In this document: piece after piece, positions 23,747-31,256 of the stretch
Layout of the letters: each line of letters starts with the position of its first letter
How positions within the stretch are numbered: position 1 is the first letter of the stretch
NCBI GenBank assembly: GCA_030059665.1
Contig: JANVYR010000001.1
Coordinates: 125,501 to 157,500 of the forward strand
Reading direction: 5' to 3'
Length of the DNA stretch: 32,000 nucleotides
Source: Candidatus Calditenuis fumarioli
Lineage (GTDB): Archaea > Thermoproteota > Nitrososphaeria_A > Caldarchaeales > Calditenuaceae
Program-made: the position numbers and the translations under genes
The notes under the pieces: generated by a model
The model's input: only the letters and a program-made list of their open reading frames with translations
What the model was told of the DNA's origin: nothing
Databases searched by the model: none

Positions 23747-24666
23747 CCCCGACGCAGCGTTCTGGAGCGGGCCGAGAAGACCAGAAGCAGCGCCAGACCG
23801 TAGACGGCTACTGAGGCCGCACCCACTGCCCTCGTCAGCTCCTTCAGCGCCAGCAACACCACTCCCCCAAGCAGAGCACCCAGCGGGCTTCCGAGGCCGC
23901 CCATCGCCGCGATCAGGTACGCCGGTATGTCGGACTCCGCGAGCGTGAAGGTGGAGGGCGAGATGTACCCGGTGGAGAAGGCGTAGAGGAGGCCCGAGGA
24001 GGCCGCGAGAAACGAAGCTGCTGCAGCGGCCAGCTCCTTGTACCTCGCCGGCGATATGGCGTTGGCTTTGAGCAGGTCCGGGTCCTGGCCGGCGGCCGTA
24101 AGCAGCAACCAGAAACGCCCTCCCCTCACGCGGTGCAGCAGCAGGGACGCGGAGGCCGTCAGCACCAGGCCCAGAACGGCGTAGGTCCTCAGCGAGGCGA
24201 TCGGGCTCAGGCCCGCTGACTGGAGCGGGTCGTCGACGGGCAGTCCGACCTCTCCGAAGGTCACCGATCTGTTTCCCAGGATCACCGCCTCGAAGGCCAG
24301 CGAGGCCAGGATCGTGAGGATCCCCACCCGTATTCCCCTCAGGTCCCAGGACGACGCGAGCCGGATCAGAGCCACGCCGAGGCCAGTTCCCGAGAGGAGG
24401 CCGAGCGGCACGGCGACCGATGGGCTCAGGCCAGCGTGGACCTGGGTCAGGGCTGCGACGTAGGCCGACGTTCCGGCTATGGCTCCGAAGCAGATCACCA
24501 CCTGGTTTCCGACGCCGAAGAGGAGCGTCACCGCTAGGCCGAGCGAGGTGTGGAAGGCGTAGACCGTGTAGAGCCTTAGCAGGTAGACGCTGTCGGTCAG
24601 CACCGCTGCGGCTCCGAGGGCCGAGGAGCACGCCAGCACGAGCGCCTGAAGGCTCTGGGACCTCAA
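23743..24666 (-). CDS. livM: Branched-chain amino acid ABC transporter permease (LivM type).
   Basis: It is a polytopic membrane protein. Its position and its 4-nt overlaps within the livKGFHM-like operon fit this call, as does the typical ...LGFGAIAG.SAY... core. Confidence 0.8.
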   Translation of the reverse strand: MRSQSLQALVLACSSALGAAAVLTDSVYLLRLYTVYAFHTSLGLAVTLLFGVGNQVVICFGAIAGTSAYVAALTQVHAGLSPSVAVPLGLLSGTGLGVALIRLASSWDLRGIRVGILTILASLAFEAVILGNRSVTFGEVGLPVDDPLQSAGLSPIASLRTYAVLGLVLTASASLLLHRVRGGRFWLLLTAAGQDPDLLKANAISPARYKELAAAAASFLAASSGLLYAFSTGYISPSTFTLAESDIPAYLIAAMGGLGSPLGALLGGVVLLALKELTRAVGAASVAVYGLALLLVFSARSRTLRRG

Positions 24667-25502
24667 TCCCCAGCACCGACCGCCCTCAGCAGGAGAGCCG
24701 CAGCCAGGAGGATCGCCAGGTAGGTCAGGTACGTGCCCATCAGGTACGCGAGGAGCGAGTTGACGAGGCCGATCGCGATCCCCGCGAGGACCGTGCCCGC
24801 AACATTCCTCATGCCGCCGGCGACCGAGACCACCAGCGAGAGAACGGTCAGCTCCATTCCCCGAGACGGCTCAACCGGGACCGTGAGGCCCCTGATCAGG
24901 CCAGAGAGGCCGGCGAAGAGCGAGGCCATCAGCACCGTGAGCAGGGCGATCCTTCCGACGTCAACCCCGAGCGACTCCGCGAGCTCCCTGTTCTGGAACG
25001 ATGCCCTCACGGACCTCCCGAACTTGGTCGCAGTGAGCAGCAGGTGAAGCGCCGCTATGGTAACCGCTGAGAGCGCGAGGGCCAGAAGGGACGAGAACCT
25101 GACCACGAGGCCCACGATCTCCACCTGGAGAGGGCCCACGACCAACGAGTAGTGCGCTGTCGGGAAGAGGTATACCAGGGAGCCGTGGATCGTGAGCGCG
25201 AGGCCCAGCGTCATCACGAGCCCCAGCACTCCCCTCATCCTCTCGCCAACACCGGAGACGTAGGATGAGACGGCCCAGACCGCGAGGCCCACCAGGAGCG
25301 ACGAGCAGAGCCCCAGGATGAGCGCGACGGGAAGCGGTGCGCCGAGGGAGAGGAGGACCGCAGCGGTCACGGTCGCTACCACGACCGATTCGCCGTGTGC
25401 CAGGTTCAGGACGCCTGCGATCCCGTGGACGACGGTCATTCCCACCGCGATGAGCGCGAGCTGGAGGCCGTTCGAGAGGCCGTCGATCAGGAGGTCCAGC
25501 AT
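24663..25502 (-). CDS. livH: Branched-chain amino acid ABC transporter permease (LivH type).
   Basis: The LivH-like N-terminus is LLIDGLSNGLQLALIAVGMTVVHGIAGVLNLAHGE. The product is 279 aa and polytopic. Confidence 0.85.
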   Translation of the reverse strand: MLDLLIDGLSNGLQLALIAVGMTVVHGIAGVLNLAHGESVVVATVTAAVLLSLGAPLPVALILGLCSSLLVGLAVWAVSSYVSGVGERMRGVLGLVMTLGLALTIHGSLVYLFPTAHYSLVVGPLQVEIVGLVVRFSSLLALALSAVTIAALHLLLTATKFGRSVRASFQNRELAESLGVDVGRIALLTVLMASLFAGLSGLIRGLTVPVEPSRGMELTVLSLVVSVAGGMRNVAGTVLAGIAIGLVNSLLAYLMGTYLTYLAILLAAALLLRAVGAGD

Positions 25503-25504
25503 GC

Positions 25505-26218
25505 TCAGCCCCAGAGAAGGCTCCTGATGAGCGCAGAGACAGCGACCGGGTCGGAGACCTCTCGCTCCGCCAGGACCTCTCCGGAACGCATCACGAGGAT
25601 CCGACGGGAGAGCTTCAGCGCGACCTCCAGGTTCTGCTCCGCCAGCAGGACCGATAGGCCCGACCCCTCAAGGGAACGCATTGATCCGAGGACCGCGGCC
25701 ACCGCTCTCGGTGAGAGGCCGGAGCTGGGCTCGTCCACCAGCAGCAGCCTGGGGGAGGACATCAGGGCCATCGCGATCGCGAGCATCCTCCTCTCGCCGC
25801 CGCTGAGGTTGCCTGCCTTGACGCGGAGCCGCTGCCTCATCCACGGGAAGACCTCGAGGACCCTCTCCAATGCCTCACCGAAGCTCTCCTTCCTGGGGCC
25901 AGCCTCCCACGAGACTAGCAGGTTCTCCCGCAGGGTCATGAGCGGAAAGACCTCCCTCTCGGATGGCACCAGCCTGATCCCGAGCCTTGCCCTTTCGTTC
26001 GCGGGCAGAGCCGTGACGTCCGAGCCGTTGAAGATCACCCTGCCGCCATCGGGCCTCAGGAGGCCCATGATCGCCATGAGCAGGGTCGACTTTCCGGAAC
26101 CGTTGGGACCCACGATGGATACCACCTCGCCCTCGCGGACCGAGAGGCTGACTCCCCTCACCGCTCTCGATCCGTTGAGCGTCACCGTCAGGCCCTCCAC
26201 CCTTAGTAGCGCGCTCAC
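25505..26218 (-). CDS. livF: Branched-chain amino acid ABC transporter ATP-binding protein (LivF type).
   Basis: Walker A is GPNGSGKST, the signature is LSGGERRMLAIAMAL, Walker B is LLLVDEPSSGLSP, and LLAEQN is present. Confidence 0.9.
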   Translation of the reverse strand: MSALLRVEGLTVTLNGSRAVRGVSLSVREGEVVSIVGPNGSGKSTLLMAIMGLLRPDGGRVIFNGSDVTALPANERARLGIRLVPSEREVFPLMTLRENLLVSWEAGPRKESFGEALERVLEVFPWMRQRLRVKAGNLSGGERRMLAIAMALMSSPRLLLVDEPSSGLSPRAVAAVLGSMRSLEGSGLSVLLAEQNLEVALKLSRRILVMRSGEVLAEREVSDPVAVSALIRSLLWG

Positions 26219-26925
26219 GTCCCGAAGTAGACCTCCAGGACCTCCCTCCTGACGGCGACCTCTTCAGGCCTCCCCTCCGCCAGCAGGGACCCCTCGTGGA
26301 GCACCAGCACCCTATCGGCCGCCCTCATCAGGCCTGAGATGACGTGCTCGACCCAGATCGCCGCGAAGCCCAGCTCCCTCTTCAGCTCCAGCAGGGCGTC
26401 CACCGCAATGGCAGCCTCACGCTCGGTGAGCCCGCTCAGGTACTCGTCGATCAGTATCGCCTTCGGGCGTGCGATCACGGCCCTCGCCAGCTCGGCCCTC
26501 CTCCGGTCCGCCATCGGAACCCTCGACGGCCTCTCGCCCGGTCTGCTGACCCCGAGCCTCTCAAGGAGCTCTTCGGCCACTCTCCTCGCCTCATCGGGTT
26601 CGAATTCTTCCAGCAGAGGTAGGGCGACGTTGTCCAGCAGCGAAAGGTCCTCTATCAGCCTGGGAACCTGGAAGGTCCTCCGAACGCCGAGCCTCGCAAC
26701 GGCCTCAGGCCCCTTCCCGGTCACGTCCACACCTCCCACCAGGACCCTCCCTCCGTCGGGTCTGAGGAAACCGCTAACGACGTTGAGGAGCGTGGACTTG
26801 CCTGAGCCGTTCGGACCAATCACGCCGAGCACCTCGCCCTCCCTCAGCTCCAGCGAGACCTCTCGGAGCGCCCAGGTCGACCCGAACCTCCTCGAGACCC
26901 CATCGCACCTGATCAGCGCGCTCAT
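26215..26925 (-). CDS. livG: Branched-chain amino acid ABC transporter ATP-binding protein (LivG type) with a degenerate signature motif.
   Basis: Walker A is GPNGSGKST, Walker B is ILIDEYLSGL and the H-loop is VEHV. The position of LSYGQQRR reads VPMADRRR. Confidence 0.85.
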   Translation of the reverse strand: MSALIRCDGVSRRFGSTWALREVSLELREGEVLGVIGPNGSGKSTLLNVVSGFLRPDGGRVLVGGVDVTGKGPEAVARLGVRRTFQVPRLIEDLSLLDNVALPLLEEFEPDEARRVAEELLERLGVSRPGERPSRVPMADRRRAELARAVIARPKAILIDEYLSGLTEREAAIAVDALLELKRELGFAAIWVEHVISGLMRAADRVLVLHEGSLLAEGRPEEVAVRREVLEVYFGT

Positions 26926-28136
26926 TCCTTAGGGACGTACGGCTTTACCGGTTCGGAGGTGATGAAGAAAATCCTGAGGTGCCATCCGGATCCGGGGTTC
27001 ACCCTTCCCGGCGGGTCGCCGCGCTCGATCACCGCGAAGCTCATCCTCGCCTCCTTCAGCTCCCCCCATTCGGTGTAGGAGAGGGGCCACAGGTAGAGCG
27101 GTGATACATACCTGCCGCTCCTGATGTGGTCCGCTATCACGCTGGGATCCGTGCTCCCGGTCTTCTCGATGGCGTCCGCGATCATCATCACCGTGACGTA
27201 TCCGGTCACCGCGAACTGCTCCATCAGCGTCCCGAACCTCTCCCTGAACCTCTCCGCAAGGGCCACGTACTCAGGGCTCTCGTAGTTCGCGCAGTTGGTC
27301 AGCAGCACCCTCCCGAAGGCCAGCTCGCCTAGGGCGTTCACCAGAGGCGTCGCTGGAGGTACCGAGCCGGTTATCCACTTCACGTCCAGTCCGAGCTCGA
27401 GCGACTGCCTGACGATGGCCGAGAGCCCCGGCGGATGACCCGTTGCGATGATCAGCTCCGGGTTCAGGTCCCTCAGCCTCCGCAGGTACGGCGTGAAGTC
27501 GCTCTCGGTCAGGGGAGCCACCTCGGTCCTGAGCTGGATTCCGGTGCGTGCGGCGACGCGCTCAACCGCCTCTCTTATCGAATGACCCCACTCGTAATCG
27601 GCTATGACGTTTCCGACCCGCGTGACCTTCATGGCCCTGATGAACTCCTCGAAGAGCTGCTCGTGCATCGAGGCCGACGGGAGGCAAGTCCTGAAGGTGT
27701 ACCTGCTCGACCTCGTCAGAACCCTGTCGGATCCAGCTGCCAGCAGGAAGAGCGGAACGCGGTACCTCTCGGCCTCTTTCGAGAGCGCCAGACCTATGTC
27801 GCTCGAGACGGGCCCAGCCACCGCCACGACCCTCTGGACCTCGACGAGCTCCCTGAAGGCAGATACGGCCTCCGACGGGCTGTTCCTGTCGTCCCTCACG
27901 ACCAGCTCCAACCTCCTGCCGAGGACGCCGCCGCGGTCGTTGACCTCCTCGACCGCAAGGAGCATCCCGTCCCTGTGGTTGACGCCCCAGGCCGCGAAGG
28001 GGCCGCTCAGGGGACCGAGGAACCCTATCCTGATGGGCTCCTGTGCGGAGGGTCTGAGGGTGAGGAGGACCGCTATCCCAGCGGCCGCAGCTGCGAGCAC
28101 GAGAGCCGCGACGAGCAGCAGCGCAGCGCGCCTCAC
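26922..28136 (-). CDS. livK: Leu/Ile/Val-binding-protein family ABC substrate-binding protein, anchored in the membrane by an N-terminal TM.
   Basis: IRIGFLGPLSGPFAAWGVNHRDGMLLAVEEVNDRGGVLGRRLELVVRDDRNSP is the typical type I PBP signature. The start is GTG 28136, preceded by GGAAGGAAGGGAG. Confidence 0.85.
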   Translation of the reverse strand: MRRAALLLVAALVLAAAAAGIAVLLTLRPSAQEPIRIGFLGPLSGPFAAWGVNHRDGMLLAVEEVNDRGGVLGRRLELVVRDDRNSPSEAVSAFRELVEVQRVVAVAGPVSSDIGLALSKEAERYRVPLFLLAAGSDRVLTRSSRYTFRTCLPSASMHEQLFEEFIRAMKVTRVGNVIADYEWGHSIREAVERVAARTGIQLRTEVAPLTESDFTPYLRRLRDLNPELIIATGHPPGLSAIVRQSLELGLDVKWITGSVPPATPLVNALGELAFGRVLLTNCANYESPEYVALAERFRERFGTLMEQFAVTGYVTVMMIADAIEKTGSTDPSVIADHIRSGRYVSPLYLWPLSYTEWGELKEARMSFAVIERGDPPGRVNPGSGWHLRIFFITSEPVKPYVPKE

Positions 28137-28229
28137 GCGTCTCCCTTCCTTCCGCCCTCACCTATACCTTGAATTCGGTGCAAAGTTCGCGGTGGGAAGC
28201 AGGACGCTCCGCGATTTGCAGACGACACC

Positions 28230-29240
28230 TCACCTCCTGAGCTGGTAAAGCTTCCTCCTGAAGTCGTCGGGGTCGTTGGTTCGCCTGACGACTCCCCTGG
28301 CGACCAGCACGCTGAGACAGTACCTCAGGGTCCTCTCGGGGAGACCGGTCTCGGCCAGCAGCTCCTCGAAGGTCATGGTCCCCCGGTACTCGAGGACCTT
28401 CCTGACGAGCCTCGCCGACGGCGGCAGGGGCAGGTTCTCCTCCGCCAACAGCACCTTCCTCTCCATCTTCCCCGCGATCGCAGGCCTTCCGGGGAACCTG
28501 ATCAGCCTCAGCGGCCTCTCGGAACGCGTGAAGACCACCTCCGAGCCGACGGGTCTCCTGATCAGGCCGTCGACGACGAGCTCGACACCGCCCTCCGCCT
28601 CTATCTCCGAGACCCTGACCTCGCTTCCTGCGGAGACGACAAGGGGCCTCCTCGTGAGGTCGACCGAGTTGATCGGAACCACCTGGAAGACCTGCGCGTC
28701 GTGGTGGATCAGCACGCCACCGGCAGAGAGGGCGTAGGCGCTCGATCCAATGGGCGTCGAGACCAGAACGCCGTCGGCCCTGTCACCCCAGACGGGTTCG
28801 CCGTCCAGGAAGAGCATGTATCCCATCAGCGTCGCCGTCCTCTTAGGGAAGACCGCGCCCTCGTTGACCGCGACGAACGAGTCGCCCTCGTCGACGGTGC
28901 ACCTCAGCAGGGGGACCTGCTCGACCCTGAAGTTCCCCTCAACCAGGTGAGCTGCGGCCTCGGCGAGGTCCTCCAGCTCGACGGAGGTCAGGAACGACCT
29001 GGTGGGCTCGAGCCCGACGATCAGCAGGCTCGCCTCCGGCAGCGGTCCCGAGTGGAGGAACCTCAGAACGTCCCTGTCGTCGCCGACCACCACGAGCACC
29101 TCGCCCTCGAGCTCTGAGGCGCGCTGCGGTTGCACCGCTGAGGCCCTCACCCCTGCCCTCTCCAGGACCCTGCAGACCTCCCTCACCAGGTCCGAGACGC
29201 CAAGCCCCGTTACCGTCACCGAGGTCACAACGTCCCCCAT
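28230..29240 (-). CDS. nadK: NAD kinase-fold protein fused to a C-terminal winged-helix DNA-binding domain.
   Basis: The NADK motifs are NEGAVF and DGVLVSTPIGSSAYALSAGG. The GGDGT position reads VGDDRDVL. The last 65 aa or so (ARLVRKVLEYRGTMTFEELLAETGLPERTLRYCLSVLVARGVVRR) look like a wHTH. Confidence 0.75.
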   Translation of the reverse strand: MGDVVTSVTVTGLGVSDLVREVCRVLERAGVRASAVQPQRASELEGEVLVVVGDDRDVLRFLHSGPLPEASLLIVGLEPTRSFLTSVELEDLAEAAAHLVEGNFRVEQVPLLRCTVDEGDSFVAVNEGAVFPKRTATLMGYMLFLDGEPVWGDRADGVLVSTPIGSSAYALSAGGVLIHHDAQVFQVVPINSVDLTRRPLVVSAGSEVRVSEIEAEGGVELVVDGLIRRPVGSEVVFTRSERPLRLIRFPGRPAIAGKMERKVLLAEENLPLPPSARLVRKVLEYRGTMTFEELLAETGLPERTLRYCLSVLVARGVVRRTNDPDDFRRKLYQLRR

Positions 29241-29272
29241 GACGTCCCCTGCGCTGACTGGCCGGCTGCGGC

Positions 29273-29279
29273 GATATCT
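29273..29279 (-). promoter_or_regulatory. GATATCT TATA-like element upstream of the NADK-wHTH gene.
   Basis: It lies about 35 nt upstream of ATG 29240 and has the same heptamer as the two elements near 18700 and 18810. Confidence 0.25.
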
Positions 29280-29376
29280 CCCTTCCAGCCAGGTGTTGGC
29301 GGCCTTCGGGGAGGCTCGTGCGTTTCGATGCCGCTCGAGGCGGGCGCAAAGGACCAGTCATCCCTAAAGTACCGGC

Positions 29377-30030
29377 TTGAGAGGCGATGTGGGGTTGGAT
29401 CTGGCTGGGGCGCTGAGGGCGATCGCCGAGAGCTACGGTTACGGCGGCGTCTTCCTCGTCTCGCTGGTGGGGAGCCTCGTCCCCTTCCTGCCGGTGCCAT
29501 ACCTGTTCGTGGTGGTCCTGCTCAGCAAGACGCTCGACCCGCTGCTGCTGGGGTTAGTCTCAGGCGCAGGCGGGGCCCTGGGGAAGCTGACCTCGTACGC
29601 CTTGGGCAGAACCGGGTACAGGCTGCTGGCCGAGCCGAAGAGGAGGCAGATGGACGCCCTCAGGGAGCTGCTGGGGAGGTACGGAGACTTGGCGGTCTTC
29701 CTCTTCGCGCTCACCCCTCTGCCCGATGACGTCTACTACATTCCCGCAGGGATGATCAAGATGCCCCTCTGGAGGTTCATGCTGGCCAACACCGCTGGGA
29801 AGGTGGTGCTCGCGGTCTTCGTGGCCTACACGGGCGGGATCTACCTGGACGTTCTGGAGACGGCGCTGGGCAACACGCTCGGCGTCCTCGTCGGCATCGC
29901 AGCCCTCTCGGTCATCACCGTTCTGGTCCTGCGCACCGACTGGGAGAAGGTGCTGATTCACCTCAGGTCCGGCGGCGTGCGGGAAGTGGTGAGGAACCTC
30001 GACGAGATCCTGGGGTTGAGGAGGAGGTGA
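29377..30030 (+). CDS. DedA/YqaA-like (VTT/SNARE-associated domain) membrane protein.
   Basis: GYGGVFLVSLVGSLVPFLPVPYL...GALGKLTSYALGRTGYRLL...FLFALTPLPDDVYYIPAGMIKMPLWRF matches the family pattern. The start may be GTG 29389 instead of TTG 29377. Confidence 0.7.
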   Translation: MRGDVGLDLAGALRAIAESYGYGGVFLVSLVGSLVPFLPVPYLFVVVLLSKTLDPLLLGLVSGAGGALGKLTSYALGRTGYRLLAEPKRRQMDALRELLGRYGDLAVFLFALTPLPDDVYYIPAGMIKMPLWRFMLANTAGKVVLAVFVAYTGGIYLDVLETALGNTLGVLVGIAALSVITVLVLRTDWEKVLIHLRSGGVREVVRNLDEILGLRRR

Positions 30031-31256
30031 CCGGGAGGCGCCTGAGGAGCAGGGACATCACCGCGATCGACCTGAACTCGGAGTACCTTGGGGTTCCTCG
30101 CCGGATCCTGATGGAGAACGCGGGCGCCGAGGTGGCGAGGGCCGTGGCTGAGAACGTGGATGACCTCGGCTCCAAGCGCGTGGTCGTGCTCGCGGGGTCT
30201 GGCAACAACGGGGGCGACGCGCTGGTAGCTGCCAGGCACCTCGCGTCGTTGGCTAAAGAGGTGCACGTGCTCCTCATCTCGAGGACCGGTGAGCCGAGGA
30301 CGGAGGAGGCCAGGGACGCGTGGGAGGCCGTCAGGAGGATGGCGTTTACCGTCAGGTGCCACGTCCTCACGGGCGATGAGGTGCCCACCGAGCTGAGGGA
30401 GCTGATCTCCTCCGCGGACGTCATCATCGACGGGGTCTTCGGTACCGGTATCAGGGGCGATATCGGAAGGCCGTACTCGGAGGTCTTCGCGCTGGTCAAC
30501 TCCTCCAGGGCCACCGTCTTCGCCGTCGACGTCCCTTCGGGCGTAAACCCGGATACCGGAGAATACAGCAAACGGGTGAGGGCGGACTTCACCGTCTGCC
30601 TCCACGCGGCGAAACCCTTCGTCGACCTCGTGGACGCCGGGAGGGTTCTGGTCAGGCCGATAGGCGCGCCGCCGGAGGCGGAGCTCATCGCGGGCCCCGG
30701 CGATGCTGAGGTCGCCCTCTCTGGACTCAGGCGTGACGTGACCGTGCGGATGACGTACGACGGCTCCGAGCTGGCCCTGGGCGCGCGGCTCCTCCTCGAG
30801 CGCTTGGTTGCAGACCTAAGGGTTGTCGGGGGAGAAGGCTTCTCGGTGGACGCGGAAGGTGGGGCCCAGTTCTCGACCGTGCGTGGGAGAGGCGTGCTGC
30901 TAATCACCTCAGGTGCCCACCGCGATCCAGGCGAGGCGCTCAGCAGCGTGAGGGCGCGCTCCGAGTCGGCCGGATGTCCTGTGTGGGCCCTCGGAGGCTT
31001 CGACCCCTTCGCATCGAAGGATCACCTCAAGGCCAACTGGCTCGAGCCCGAGCACGTCACAGAGCCGACGAGGGGGGCCATGGTGGCGCTCGCGGCGCTG
31101 CTCTCGGCATCGGTCGAGCTGCACTACGCTGTTGGAGCCTCGATCTACCTGACCCGCAGGGTCCTGAGGGAGACGGCCAACCCGCCGTCGGACGTCGGAG
31201 CGTACCTGAACGCTCTGTGCGACCGGATCGAGTCGTCCAGTCGTCAGAACAGGTAG
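30027..31256 (+). CDS. nnr: NAD(P)H-hydrate epimerase (YjeF N-terminal domain) with a short, apparently degenerate C-terminal dehydratase-like domain.
   Basis: The YjeF_N motifs are VVVLAGSGNNGGDALVAARHL and IIDGVFGTGI. The product is 409 aa, against roughly 500 aa for bifunctional Nnr. The GTG start overlaps the DedA stop as GTGA. Confidence 0.7.
   Translation: MTGRRLRSRDITAIDLNSEYLGVPRRILMENAGAEVARAVAENVDDLGSKRVVVLAGSGNNGGDALVAARHLASLAKEVHVLLISRTGEPRTEEARDAWEAVRRMAFTVRCHVLTGDEVPTELRELISSADVIIDGVFGTGIRGDIGRPYSEVFALVNSSRATVFAVDVPSGVNPDTGEYSKRVRADFTVCLHAAKPFVDLVDAGRVLVRPIGAPPEAELIAGPGDAEVALSGLRRDVTVRMTYDGSELALGARLLLERLVADLRVVGGEGFSVDAEGGAQFSTVRGRGVLLITSGAHRDPGEALSSVRARSESAGCPVWALGGFDPFASKDHLKANWLEPEHVTEPTRGAMVALAALLSASVELHYAVGASIYLTRRVLRETANPPSDVGAYLNALCDRIESSSRQNR

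Noticed and set aside
22931-24676. A 581-aa minus-strand ORF, the longest unexplained ORF in the supplied track.
   Set aside because: Its translation is extremely Arg/Gly/Pro-rich with no motifs. It runs antisense to the well-supported beta-propeller gene, then in an alternative frame of livM. Stop-free off-frame ORFs of this kind are an expected artefact of GC-rich coding DNA.
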